From Verrucomicrobiota bacterium (GTDB taxonomy: Bacteria > Verrucomicrobiota > Verrucomicrobiia > Limisphaerales > Palsa-1400): DNA of 37,228 bases. The translations under genes and the position numbers were made by a program. Below, in pieces: positions 1 to 9,693 of this stretch (positions are counted from its first letter, which is position 1; each line of letters opens with the position of its first letter). The stretch is from NCBI GenBank assembly GCA_049510745.1, contig JBEKYR010000048.1:1-37228 (forward strand). Reading direction: 5' to 3'. The notes beneath the pieces are model-generated. The model did no database searches and was not told the DNA's origin. It saw nothing but the letters and a program-made list of their open reading frames with translations.

Positions 1-880
1 CACGCCAGAAGCCCAGGCCGTAAAAAACGTGGCTGGCGAAGATCAGGCCGATCATCGCCGGCAGCCAGTGAAGCCTTTTCAGAGGAAGAATGGCCAGGGC
101 CTGAACGAGCGCCGCCGCGCCGTAGGCCGCCAGCGCCCAAAGGAAAACCGACGGCAGCAACGGCAATACGACCAGGAATAAACAAAAGAGCGGCGGAACG
201 AAATTCGGGGCCGACCGGAGCGTCGGATGGAGACGGACTTGTTCGGCCCGGCCACGGCCATAGTTCAACAGCATCCTGCAAAACGCCTTGAACGTCGCGC
301 GCGGGTGGCGATAGACCAGAAGCTCCGGATCATAGATCAGTTTGCCGCCGCGTTTTTGCAGCTCGTCCATCAAGGCGTTTTCCTCGTTCGGATACAACGC
401 CTCGTTGAATCCCCCCAGTTCCAGCATGGCGTCGCGCCGCGCCAGGAGATTGCACAGGATCAACTCCTTCTCGCTCGTGGCGCGCGGCTGGCCGACGCTC
501 CGGTAACGCGCGCAACTGGGGCCAAACGCCAGCCACGCGCCCATGGCCAGCGCGAACGCCTGTTCGATCTGCGGCGCGTCGGGCGGACAGACACTCGGAC
601 CGCCCACCATTTTCACGTCCGGGGAACGGAACCGCTCCAGCGCGCGCCGCAGGTTTCCCGGCAAGGGCCGCGAATCGTCGTCCAGAAAGTAAATGATCCC
701 GCCCGCGGCGGCGCGGAGGGCGGCATTGCGCTGCACCGAGGGTTGTTTGCCGCGAGCCAGGAGGATTTCCACTCTGTCCGGAGGATAATCCAGTTGCCGG
801 GTGGCCGCCACCGCGCGGACTTCGGCCTGGTCCGGGCGGGCCGCGATAATGACGGTGACTTTGGGCAGAGCGTCGTTCAC
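1..880 (-). CDS. Glycosyltransferase family 2 with C-terminal membrane helices (3' end runs off the window)
   Basis: Manual translation from GTG at 880: MNDALPKVTVIIAARP...RNAAL...IIYFLDDDS (DxD)...LELGGFNEALYPNEE...YGRGR, then hydrophobic helices. Open to the window edge, so absent from the ORF track. Confidence 0.85.
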   Translation of the reverse strand, partial: MNDALPKVTVIIAARPDQAEVRAVAATRQLDYPPDRVEILLARGKQPSVQRNAALRAAAGGIIYFLDDDSRPLPGNLRRALERFRSPDVKMVGGPSVCPPDAPQIEQAFALAMGAWLAFGPSCARYRSVGQPRATSEKELILCNLLARRDAMLELGGFNEALYPNEENALMDELQKRGGKLIYDPELLVYRHPRATFKAFCRMLLNYGRGRAEQVRLHPTLRSAPNFVPPLFCLFLVVLPLLPSVFLWALAAYGAAALVQALAILPLKRLHWLPAMIGLIFASHVFYGLGFWR

Positions 881-948
881 GGGGAGAAGCTAAAGTTTTG
901 CCGGCAAATCGCAATGAGGAAGAGCGAAAAAGGCGGGGCGGCGAAAGG

Positions 949-1010
949 TGCTAAAATTTTAACATTTAGCGCTTGACGCGCCGGGACTTGGGATGCTAAT
1001 TTCTTAGCAT
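949..1010 (+). promoter_or_regulatory. Putative BlaI-family operator pair overlapping a sigma70-like promoter
   Basis: TGCTAA-N4-TTAACA at 949-964 and perfect-arm palindrome ATGCTAA-TTTC-TTAGCAT at 993-1010; -35 TTGACG 973-978, -10 TAATTT 997-1002. Confidence 0.65.
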
Positions 1011-1392
1011 GACGAACGATCAGCATCTCAGCCGCCGCGAACGCCAGATCGTGGACATCCTTCACGCCCGCGGCCACGCCACCGCCGCTGAAGTCCACCA
1101 ACTGCTGCCCGACGCGCCCGGCTACTCGGCGGTGCGCGCCTTGTTGCGCATCCTCGAACAGAAGGGCCACGCCAGACACCGCCAGGACGGCCCGCGCTAC
1201 GTCTATCTGGCCACCGAGCCGCGCGCCCGCGCCCGCCGCTCGGCGTTGCGCCGTGTCCTTTCCACCTTTTATGGCGGCTCGGTCGAACTGGCCGTCGCCG
1301 GACTTCTGGAGGCGGCCGACACCCGCCTGACCGCGGGCGAGATGAACCAGATTCAAACCCTGATTAACAAAGCCAAAGAGGAGGGCCGATGA
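1009..1392 (+). CDS. BlaI/MecI/CopY family transcriptional repressor
   Basis: LSRRERQIVDILH...YSAVRALLRILEQKG...PRYVY winged-helix pattern; directly upstream of an M56 peptidase. Confidence 0.93.
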   Translation: MTNDQHLSRRERQIVDILHARGHATAAEVHQLLPDAPGYSAVRALLRILEQKGHARHRQDGPRYVYLATEPRARARRSALRRVLSTFYGGSVELAVAGLLEAADTRLTAGEMNQIQTLINKAKEEGR

Positions 1393-1396
1393 TCCC

Positions 1397-3880
1397 ATGA
1401 ATAACGCCGGAACTTTCCTGATCGAAGTGGCCTGCAAGAGCGTCGCGCTCATGGCGGCGGTTTTTCTGCTGATGTCTCTCTGGCGCCGGGGCGCCGCCGC
1501 AACGCGCCATTTCCTATGGTGCGCCTTCCTGGGCGCTTTGCTCGTGCTGCCGCTGGGGTCGGTCTTTGGGCCGGACTGGCACGCGCCCGCGTGGGCTGCG
1601 GAGAAAATGACGCCTCGATGGATCAACGCCGGCCGTTTGAATGAAAACGCGCCTCCCGCTGAAATGGTGGGCCGGCTCAGGCGCCTGCCACCCGCGCCGG
1701 CGGAAGCAAAAGCCGGCCCGTCGCCGGCGCCGCGACGCGTGGCTGCGGCCAGCCCTCGAATCGACTGGCAGCGATGGCTTGTTTTCGGCTGGATGGCGGG
1801 TGTGGCGGTGGCGCTGGGACGCTTGTTTTTGCGGTGGGCGCTTTTGCGCGGAATCGAGCGGGCCTCGCGAGTTTCCGATGATTCCACGGTGCAAGGCCTG
1901 TTGCGAACGGTGCAACGCGAATTGGGCCTCAGGCGCAACGTCCGGTTGCTCTCTTCCGCGCAACCCTTGATGCCGATGACCTGGGGTTGGTGGCGTCCGG
2001 TGGTGCTGCTGCCGCCGAGTGTCGCCTCTTGGGATGACGAACGGCTGCGATTCGTTTTGCGGCATGAACTGGCCCATGTCCAGCGCTGGGATTGCCTGAC
2101 CCAGGGCTTCGGCAACCTGGTCAGCGCCCTTTACTGGTTCAATCCGCTGGTCTGGCACGCCCAGCGCCAGATGCGGCTGGAGCGGGAACGAGCTTGCGAC
2201 GACGTGGTGCTGGGACTGGACGCCCGCGCGTCCGATTACGCCGGGCACCTGCTGGCGGTGGCGGGGCAATTTTGCTCCGCCCCGCGCGTGGCCGCCCTGC
2301 CGATGGCGCGGCGCTCAAACCTGGAAGGCCGCGTGCGCGCGTTGTTGGATTTTCAGCGCAAACACGACCGCCTGCATCCGTTGGCGGCCTGCGCTTTGGC
2401 GGTCGCGGTGGCGGCGGCGGCGCTGGTTGTGGGCGGCTGCAATACGGCGCCGCCGCCCGCCGCTCGCCCCACTTTTCAGCCGAAGCTGGTCCGTATCACC
2501 CCGGAAATTCGCCGCCGGGCGCAGATCAATGTTCTCAAATCCTTCGCCGTGGCCAAAGAGAAGCAGTCGATGGAGCTGGCGGCCCAGGAGGGCCAAAAAA
2601 TTTCGCCGGAATTCCAACGGTTTTTTGACGCCGCCACCAACGGGGACTCGCAGACGGTGCTGACGATGTTTGAGAGTTTTCTCCACCGTCATCACCAATA
2701 CGACCGCGGAACCAATGCCGCGGACACAAACCTGACGACCGCCTATTGGGCCCCGGTCCTGGAGCTTTGCCTGGCGTACGACATGGTGACCAAGTGCGAA
2801 CCCAGATACACCGGCATCTTCGCGGACGACATTATTCGCTCCATTCCCGCCGGCAGCATTTACTTTGGGGGCACTGATCCGGGGCGGGGCCTGCCGACGG
2901 CCTTCTGCAAATCCCACGCCTCGGGCGACCCTTTCTTCACCTTGACGCAAAACGCCCTGGCCGACGCGACGTATCTGCAATACCTGCGAGCCATGTACGG
3001 GAAAGCCATCTACACGCCAACAGACGACGACTCGCAAAGGTGCTTTGCCGAATACTTCGATGACGCGCAACGCCGCCTGACGGAGCACAAGCTCCGAGCA
3101 AATGAGAACGTGGAAATGGTGAATGGACACGTTCAGGTCAGCGGCCAGGTGGCGGTCATGAGCATCAATGGTTTGCTGACGAAAGTCATTTTCGACAAGA
3201 ATCCCGGCCGGGAGTTCTACCTCGAAGAAAGCTTCCCGCTGGATTGGATGTATCCGTACTTGGAGCCGCACGGCCTGATCATGAAGATCCGGCGCGAACC
3301 GATGGCGGTGTTGCCGGCGGAGGCAGTCACGCGGGACCACGACTATTGGAGCCGGCGTGTCAGCGGCATGATTGGCCCCTGGCTGCAAGAGGAGACGCCG
3401 CTGAAAAGCGTCACGGAATTTGTCGATAAGATTTACGTGCGAAAAGACCTGGCCGGGTTCGAGGGCGACCCGCTTTTTGTCCAAAATGATTACGCCGGCA
3501 GGGCGTTCTCCAAGCTGCGATGCACCATGGCCGGACTCTATGCGTGGCGGGTTGGCCTTAAAGGAGATCTGCCAACCCCCGCCCAGTATCTCCTCCCCGA
3601 AGGCGGCGAGCGCAAGCGCATGGCCGCGGAGGCTGACTTTGCCTACCGCCAGGCTTTCGCGCTGTGCCCCGATTCTGCCGAGCCGGTGTTTGGCTACGCC
3701 CATTTTCTGGCCGCGCAGGATCGAAGCGCCGAGGCGCTTTTGCTGGCCGAGACGGCGGAGCGCGCGCACAACTCGAGAGGCGGCGGCGACTCGCGGTTCC
3801 GGGACTTGATCGCTCAATTGAAGGCCAAGACGCTGGTCGATCCCGTCGAGCCAATCGGACCCGTCCCCGTTAGGCGGTGA
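1397..3880 (+). CDS. BlaR1-like M56 metallopeptidase sensor with a large C-terminal extracytoplasmic domain (resembles the soluble C-terminal part of DUF2723 proteins)
   Basis: TM helices, PMTWGWWRPVVLLP, zinc motif HELAH, YWFNPLVW, RERACDD; later YFGGTDPGR, TQNALAD, EESFPLDWMYPYL motifs and TPR-like helices. Confidence 0.85.
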   Translation: MNNAGTFLIEVACKSVALMAAVFLLMSLWRRGAAATRHFLWCAFLGALLVLPLGSVFGPDWHAPAWAAEKMTPRWINAGRLNENAPPAEMVGRLRRLPPAPAEAKAGPSPAPRRVAAASPRIDWQRWLVFGWMAGVAVALGRLFLRWALLRGIERASRVSDDSTVQGLLRTVQRELGLRRNVRLLSSAQPLMPMTWGWWRPVVLLPPSVASWDDERLRFVLRHELAHVQRWDCLTQGFGNLVSALYWFNPLVWHAQRQMRLERERACDDVVLGLDARASDYAGHLLAVAGQFCSAPRVAALPMARRSNLEGRVRALLDFQRKHDRLHPLAACALAVAVAAAALVVGGCNTAPPPAARPTFQPKLVRITPEIRRRAQINVLKSFAVAKEKQSMELAAQEGQKISPEFQRFFDAATNGDSQTVLTMFESFLHRHHQYDRGTNAADTNLTTAYWAPVLELCLAYDMVTKCEPRYTGIFADDIIRSIPAGSIYFGGTDPGRGLPTAFCKSHASGDPFFTLTQNALADATYLQYLRAMYGKAIYTPTDDDSQRCFAEYFDDAQRRLTEHKLRANENVEMVNGHVQVSGQVAVMSINGLLTKVIFDKNPGREFYLEESFPLDWMYPYLEPHGLIMKIRREPMAVLPAEAVTRDHDYWSRRVSGMIGPWLQEETPLKSVTEFVDKIYVRKDLAGFEGDPLFVQNDYAGRAFSKLRCTMAGLYAWRVGLKGDLPTPAQYLLPEGGERKRMAAEADFAYRQAFALCPDSAEPVFGYAHFLAAQDRSAEALLLAETAERAHNSRGGGDSRFRDLIAQLKAKTLVDPVEPIGPVPVRR

Positions 3881-3979
3881 GATTCAAATCCCGCCTTGCC
3901 TGCCCCCGGCCGGTGTCGTTTAGAAATTCAGGGGAAAGAGAATAATTGATCGAAAGCAAAAAGCTGTTATGTTGCAGGC

Positions 3980-4222
3980 ATGGCAACGCAAACAGGCGTT
4001 CACACGGCGGCTGGGGGACTGGTCATTAGCAACCCGGATATTCTGGGAGGCACTCCGGTTTTTCGCGGCACGCGGATGCCGGTAAAAACGCTTTTTGAGT
4101 ATCTGGCGGACGGATTATCACTGGATTATTTCCTCGAAACTTTTCCTTCGGTCGCGCGCGAGCAGGCGGCGGCCGTTCTGCGTTACGGCTGGCAGCGCAT
4201 CGAAAGTGAACTGGCGGTGTGA
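3980..4222 (+). CDS. DUF433 family antitoxin
   Basis: NPDILGGTPVFRGTRMPV...FPSV signature; GTGA overlap with the PIN-like gene. Confidence 0.9.
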   Translation: MATQTGVHTAAGGLVISNPDILGGTPVFRGTRMPVKTLFEYLADGLSLDYFLETFPSVAREQAAAVLRYGWQRIESELAV

Positions 4223-4551
4223 GGGTTCTGCTTGACGAGTGCGTTCCACTGCAAGTGCGCCACGCGCTGCGCGATCATGAGGTCACCACCGCGCAACAAA
4301 TGGGGTGGGCCGGCGTCGGCAACGGTGAATTGCTGGATGCGGCGGAGCGGAAGGGATTCGAGGTTCTTATAGTAGCCGATAAGAACCTGCGCTATCAGCA
4401 AAACCTCTCGTCTCGCCGCCTCGCAATTCTGGAACTTTGGACCAACCATCGGCCCACACTTGAAAGGCATTTCGCCGAAATCCGCGCCGCAGTGGAACGC
4501 GTCAAAACCGGCGAGTATCTAATTCTGGAGGCGCCGGCAAAAGATGAATAA
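4219..4551 (+). CDS. DUF5615/VapC45-like PIN-domain toxin
   Basis: MRVLLDECVP...MGWAGVGNGELLDAA...IVADKNLRYQQN signature. Confidence 0.88.
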   Translation: MRVLLDECVPLQVRHALRDHEVTTAQQMGWAGVGNGELLDAAERKGFEVLIVADKNLRYQQNLSSRRLAILELWTNHRPTLERHFAEIRAAVERVKTGEYLILEAPAKDE

Positions 4552-4629
4552 CCACGCCCTCGTCTCCGTCATGGCATGGTCCAACATCCCGCCTTGCCCG
4601 CCGCCGTCGTTTTTTCTACCCTGACGGGG

Positions 4630-5883
4630 ATGAAAACGAGGTTCGTTGTCCTGCTCACGCTCTGCAACGTCGCGGCGTTGGCGGCGGGTTTTGTCTATTT
4701 CAGCCAGTATTGGGGACGGCAAACCGCGCAGGAGCGCGCTGCGGCCGGGGCGGAAGTGGCCGCGTGGAAGGCCAGGGCTGCGGCGGCGGAATCTCCCGCG
4801 TCCGCGCCGCCCGCCGTTGTCCAGGTCACCAACGCCTTCAACTGGAACCAGGTTGAATCGACCGATTACCGCCAATACATCGACAACCTGCGCGCCATCG
4901 GCTGCCCGGAAAGCACGATCAAGGACATTGTCCTGACCGATGTCATGCGCCTCTACGCGCAACGCCTCGGAAAGTACTACCAGAACGGGCGCGCCTTCAA
5001 ATTTTGGGAAACCAACGAGAAGCGCAAACTCAAACAGGCCCAACTCGAAGAACGCGAAAAGCAACTGGCCGCCATCGACAAGGAACTGCCCGCCGTCCTG
5101 CGCGAATTGCTCGGCATCAATTACGAGCGCGAATTGAACAAATACTTTGTCGATACCGACGAGGACAATCGCCGCCTGGGCTTTCTCTCCGACGACAAAC
5201 ACGGCCAGGTGCTGGCGCTGCGCGATCAATTCGAGGGCGAGCGCGAACGGGTTCTGCGCCAGGAGCAGAACGGCAAACCGTCGCCGGGCGAGATCGAGAA
5301 ACTGCGGGAGATCGAGCGGGAACAGGACGCGGCCCTGTCGCAGCTTCTGACTCCGGAGGAAAAGGACGAATACGAATTGACCACGTCCCCGACGGCGGAC
5401 CGCCTGCGCCAGCAGTTGATCGGGTTCAATCCGACCGAGGAGGAGTTTCGCGCCCTGTTCCGCCGGCAGCAGGCCATTGACGCGGCCTACCAGTACGAGG
5501 ATGTCAGCGACGACACCGTGCGCGCGGCCAAGACCTCCGCCGAGCAGGCGATGATGGACGAATTCAAGGGCCAACTGGCGCCCGACCGCGTGGCGCAACT
5601 GGCCCGCGCGCAGGACCCGGACTATCAGAACGTGTGCATCCTGGCGGAGCGGTTCGATTTGCCCGCCGACACTGCGCAGAACCTTGTGGACATGCGCCGG
5701 GCTGCCGAGGAAGAGAAACGGCAACTCCTGTCAACCAAAGATATTCCGCCCGAACGGGTCGCTGTGGCCCTCAAGGCCATCCAGGCGGAAACCGAGAAGG
5801 CCGCGCGCGCGGCGCTGGGGGACCAGGCTTTTGCGCAGTATTCGCAGAGCGCGGCGTGGATTCAGGGCCTCGGAACGAACTGA
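4630..5883 (+). CDS. Conserved hypothetical exported or membrane-anchored helical protein
   Basis: N-terminal hydrophobic segment, FNWNQVESTDYRQYIDNLRAIGCPESTIKDIV motif, coiled-coil-rich remainder, host-like codon usage. Start 4630 chosen from promoter geometry (TTGCCC-17-TACCCT-7-ATG). Confidence 0.75.
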   Translation: MKTRFVVLLTLCNVAALAAGFVYFSQYWGRQTAQERAAAGAEVAAWKARAAAAESPASAPPAVVQVTNAFNWNQVESTDYRQYIDNLRAIGCPESTIKDIVLTDVMRLYAQRLGKYYQNGRAFKFWETNEKRKLKQAQLEEREKQLAAIDKELPAVLRELLGINYERELNKYFVDTDEDNRRLGFLSDDKHGQVLALRDQFEGERERVLRQEQNGKPSPGEIEKLREIEREQDAALSQLLTPEEKDEYELTTSPTADRLRQQLIGFNPTEEEFRALFRRQQAIDAAYQYEDVSDDTVRAAKTSAEQAMMDEFKGQLAPDRVAQLARAQDPDYQNVCILAERFDLPADTAQNLVDMRRAAEEEKRQLLSTKDIPPERVAVALKAIQAETEKAARAALGDQAFAQYSQSAAWIQGLGTN

Positions 5884-6345
5884 TCGCCGCTCCTGGTTTT
5901 AATCTTGATCTTCTTTTTGTCTTCCTTCCCAAAAACCAAAAAACCGGAGAAAACGTAACAAAATGCTTGCAACTACATCAAAACATGGGATACTCGCAAC
6001 CGTGCGAAGACTCGCTCTTTGACATAAAACGGAGTCGCCGGGAAACCTCCTGTCCCTCGCCGCGGGACAAGCCCCAGGCATGTGACGGGATTTGATACGG
6101 GCTTGTGACGGCAAATGTTACGGCCTAAGTCTCTCATTATCAAAGATTGTGACGGTGTGACGCCTTTTTCGACCCCAAGGGTGTGCAGATGCATGAATGG
6201 CCTCCCAATCGCGGTGATTCGCGGTGAATCGCGGTAGTTTTGCAGCAAACCATCGGAACTCGGACTTCATCCTTCTTCCTTCTGACTTCACACTTGCAGC
6301 TTGCCCTCCGGCGGCGCTCGATGACAATGGTTTGGAGCAACTCCT

Positions 6346-7239
6346 ATGAACACGACAATTGGATTCATCGGCCTGGGCATCATGGGAAAACCCATGAGCA
6401 AAAACTTGCGCAAAGCGGGCTACGCACTCGTCGTTTGCGGCCATGTCAATAAAGGCCCGGTCGAAGAACTGGCCGCCGCCGGCGCCAGGATCGCCGACAC
6501 TCCCCGGCAGGTGGCCGCGCAAAGCGACATTGTCATCACCATGCTGCCGAATTCCCCCCAGGTCGAACAAGTCGTCCTGGGCAAAAACGGCGTCATCGAA
6601 GGCGCCCGGCCCGGCCTGGTCCTGGTCGATATGAGTTCCATCGCGCCGCTGGCCAGCCGCAAACTGGCCGCCGCCCTGGCCGCCAGGGGCGTCGAAATGC
6701 TTGATGCGCCCGTCAGCGGCGGCGAACCCAGGGCGATCGACGGGACGCTTTCGGTCATGGCCGGCGGGAAAAAGGAGGTCTTCGACCGGTGCTATCCGGT
6801 GCTCAAGGCGATGGCGTCGTCTGTAGTATTGATAGGAGCGGTGGGCGCCGGCAACGTCGCCAAGCTGGCCAACCAGATCATCGTCGCCCTCAACCTCGCG
6901 GCCATATCGGAGGCGCTGGTCTTGGCGGCCAAGGCGGGGGTCGAGCCGCAACTGGTTTTTCAGGCCATTCGCGGCGGCATGGCGGGCGGCGCGCTTTTGG
7001 AAGCCAAGGCCCCGCTGATGCTGGACCGGAAGTTCGATCCGGGCTTCCGCCTCAAGCTGCACATCAAAGACCTCGCCAACGCGCTGGAAACCGCGCACGA
7101 CATCGGCGCGCCGCTGCCCCTGACCGCCTCCGTCATGGAAATGTTGCAGGCCCTCAAAGTCGATGGCTTGGGCGAAGCGGACCATAGCGTCTTGGTGCGT
7201 TACTATGAGAAAATGTCCAAAATCGAAGTCAAGCGTTGA
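6346..7239 (+). CDS. garR: 2-hydroxy-3-oxopropionate (tartronate semialdehyde) reductase
   Basis: IGFIGLGIMGKPMSKNL, TMLPNSPQV, DAPVSGGEP, KLANQIIVALN, PGFRLKLHIKDLANAL. Confidence 0.88.
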   Translation: MNTTIGFIGLGIMGKPMSKNLRKAGYALVVCGHVNKGPVEELAAAGARIADTPRQVAAQSDIVITMLPNSPQVEQVVLGKNGVIEGARPGLVLVDMSSIAPLASRKLAAALAARGVEMLDAPVSGGEPRAIDGTLSVMAGGKKEVFDRCYPVLKAMASSVVLIGAVGAGNVAKLANQIIVALNLAAISEALVLAAKAGVEPQLVFQAIRGGMAGGALLEAKAPLMLDRKFDPGFRLKLHIKDLANALETAHDIGAPLPLTASVMEMLQALKVDGLGEADHSVLVRYYEKMSKIEVKR

Positions 7240-7299
7240 CGCCCAATCCCTGAGAAACGATCTCTTATGATTAAGAGCTTTTCCGTAATTAGATGAGTG

Positions 7300-8766
7300 A
7301 TGACCACCCTTCTCAACATGCACATCACGCTCCAGTCCTGGCACCTCGCGGTCGCGGGACTGGCGTTGGTGCTCTCCGTGGCGGCCTGCGGTCACGCGGT
7401 CTTGTACAAACGGGACTCCCGCTCCGCCATCGCCTGGGTCGGGTTTATCTGGTTGGTGCCGTTGATCGGGTCGGTGCTCTATTTTGTCTTCGGAGTCAAC
7501 CGTCTCCGCCGCCAGGCCGCCTTGCTCCGCGGCGGCCTCTCCCGCTACCGCGCCGGCGCGCCTCACGTTGAATGCTTGCCCGAAGAACTCCACCACCACC
7601 TGCCCGGCCACACCGGACACCTCAACATGCTGGCCCGCGTCGTGGGCGGCGTCGTGCAACGGCCGTTGCTGCCGGGCAACCAGATCGATCCCCTGCTCAA
7701 CGGCGACGAAGCCTACCCCGCCATGATCGCGGCCATCGAGCAGGCGCGGGAAAGCCTTTCCCTCCAAACCTACATTTTCGATTGTGACGCCGCGGGCCTG
7801 GCTTTTGCCCGCGCGTTGGGCCAAGCCGTGCGTCGCGGCGTGCAAGTGCGGGTGTTGATCGACGCCGCCGGCCTGCGCTATTCGTGGCCCAGCATCCTCC
7901 ACTCCTTGCGCCGCCAGGGGGTGACACACGCCCGGTTTCTCCCCTCGCTGGCTCCCTGGCGGGTGACAACCCTCAACCTGCGCACCCATCGCAAAATCCT
8001 GGTGGCCGATGGCCGCGTCGGCTTTACCGGCGGCCTGAACATCCGCGCCGCCCACTGCCTGCAACCCCCCCCGCGCCATCCGGTGCAGGACATCCATTTT
8101 CGCCTGCGCGGCCCGGTGGTCACGCAGTTGCAGGAGGCCTTTGCCGACGACTGGCTGTTCACCACCGGCGAAGCCTTGCGCGGCCCGGCCTGGTTTGCCG
8201 AGCCGCAGCGGGCCGGGCCGGTCCTGGCGCGCGGCATCATGGACGGACCGGACGAGGATTTTGAAAAGCTGCGTTGGACCATCCTGGGCGCCCTGAGCAT
8301 CGCCCGCCGCTCCGTGCGCATCCTGACCCCTTATTTTCTGCCCGACACCGCCATCGTTTCCGCCCTCAACCTCGCCGCCATGCGCGGCGTGCAGGTCGAT
8401 ATCGTCCTGCCGTCGAAAAACAACCTGCCGGCGGTGCAATGGGCCTCGCGGGCAATGTGGTGGCAAGTCCTCGAACACGGCTGCCGCGTCTGGCTGACGC
8501 CGCCGCCCTTCGACCACTCGAAATTGATGATCGTGGACGAGTGCTGGGTCCTGGTGGGATCGGCCAATTGGGACGCCCGCAGTCTGCGCCTTAATTTTGA
8601 ATTCAACGTCGAATGTTACGACGCGGACCTGGCCCGGCGGCTCGACGGCGTCCTGGAAACAAAGCGCGCCGCCGCCCATCAGGTCACGCTGGAAGAAGTC
8701 GATGCCCGTTCCCTTCCCAGCCGGCTGCAGGACGGCCTGGCCCGATTGTTGACTCCCTATTTATAG
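7300..8766 (+). CDS. cls: Cardiolipin synthase (ClsA type, N-terminal TM domain)
   Basis: Two HKD motifs (HRKILVAD, HSKLMIVD), GSANWDARSLRLNFE, N-terminal TM helices. Exact start (7297/7300/7318) uncertain. Confidence 0.92.
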   Translation: MTTLLNMHITLQSWHLAVAGLALVLSVAACGHAVLYKRDSRSAIAWVGFIWLVPLIGSVLYFVFGVNRLRRQAALLRGGLSRYRAGAPHVECLPEELHHHLPGHTGHLNMLARVVGGVVQRPLLPGNQIDPLLNGDEAYPAMIAAIEQARESLSLQTYIFDCDAAGLAFARALGQAVRRGVQVRVLIDAAGLRYSWPSILHSLRRQGVTHARFLPSLAPWRVTTLNLRTHRKILVADGRVGFTGGLNIRAAHCLQPPPRHPVQDIHFRLRGPVVTQLQEAFADDWLFTTGEALRGPAWFAEPQRAGPVLARGIMDGPDEDFEKLRWTILGALSIARRSVRILTPYFLPDTAIVSALNLAAMRGVQVDIVLPSKNNLPAVQWASRAMWWQVLEHGCRVWLTPPPFDHSKLMIVDECWVLVGSANWDARSLRLNFEFNVECYDADLARRLDGVLETKRAAAHQVTLEEVDARSLPSRLQDGLARLLTPYL

Positions 8767-8820
8767 GAACGCCCCCATTACAGGATTGCATTTTGCCGCC
8801 GGGCAGGTTGAATTCCCGCC

Positions 8821-9636
8821 ATGCAAAAAACTTTCTTTTTCGTCAGCGCCGTCGTCCTCTCCGGCTTGGCCGGATGGGTTCCGCAAACATTGGCCGGGGA
8901 CAAGCCCGGCTACACCGACACCCCGATGCTGCCGTCGGGCAAGTGGCACGTGCATGACCCCAACCGGCCCGTGCCGCCGATCGTCACCCCCGGCGCCACC
9001 TTCAGCCACGGCGCGCCCGCGCCTTCGGACGCGATTGTCCTGTTCGACGGGACGGATTTCTCCCATTGGGAAGGCGACAAGGGCGCGCCGCAATGGACCA
9101 TTCACGGCGACTACATGGAATGCAAACCCCACAGCGGCTACATCCATACCAAGGAGAAGTTCGGCGATTTTCAATTGCACATCGAATGGGCCGAACCAAA
9201 AAACGTCGTGGGCAACAGCCAGGACCGCGGCAACAGCGGCGTCTTTCTCCAAGGCATTTACGAAATCCAGGTGCTCGATTCTTATGACAATCCCACCTAT
9301 CCCGACGGCCAGTGCGGCGCGCTCTACGGCCAATCCCCGCCGCTGGCCAACGCCTGCAAAAAACCCGATCAGTGGCAGACCTACGACATCATCTTCGAGG
9401 CCGCGCGCTGGAACGAGAACCATCAGTTGGTCCGCCCCGCCAGCGTCACGGTGATTCAGAATGGCGTGGTCCTCCATCACAAACAACCGCTCCTTGGCCC
9501 GACGGGCCATCGGATTCTGGCCAAGTACGACAAGGAGTATCCCGCGACCGGTCCGATTGCGCTGCAAGACCACGGCAACACGGTGCGTTTCCGCAACATC
9601 TGGATTCGCAACCTGGCCGAGGAAGAAAAGCCTTAG
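8821..9636 (+). CDS. DUF1080 family (3-keto-glycoside hydrolase-like) secreted protein
   Basis: Signal peptide; LFDG, FGDFQLHIEW, GNSGVF, YEIQVLD, GPIALQDHGNTVRFRNIWIR. Confidence 0.9.
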   Translation: MQKTFFFVSAVVLSGLAGWVPQTLAGDKPGYTDTPMLPSGKWHVHDPNRPVPPIVTPGATFSHGAPAPSDAIVLFDGTDFSHWEGDKGAPQWTIHGDYMECKPHSGYIHTKEKFGDFQLHIEWAEPKNVVGNSQDRGNSGVFLQGIYEIQVLDSYDNPTYPDGQCGALYGQSPPLANACKKPDQWQTYDIIFEAARWNENHQLVRPASVTVIQNGVVLHHKQPLLGPTGHRILAKYDKEYPATGPIALQDHGNTVRFRNIWIRNLAEEEKP

Positions 9637-9693
9637 ACAGAATCGACGCACGGCTTGCCACAGGCCGCGGATGGAATTAGAGTCCTGCTGGTG

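Noticed and set aside
227..976. 249-aa plus-strand ORF, and the other long antisense ORFs (e.g. 6118-8679, 11570-13426, 14873-16387, 34295-35695)
   Set aside because: Shadow frames of well-supported genes on the opposite strand in GC-rich DNA; no recognisable motifs.
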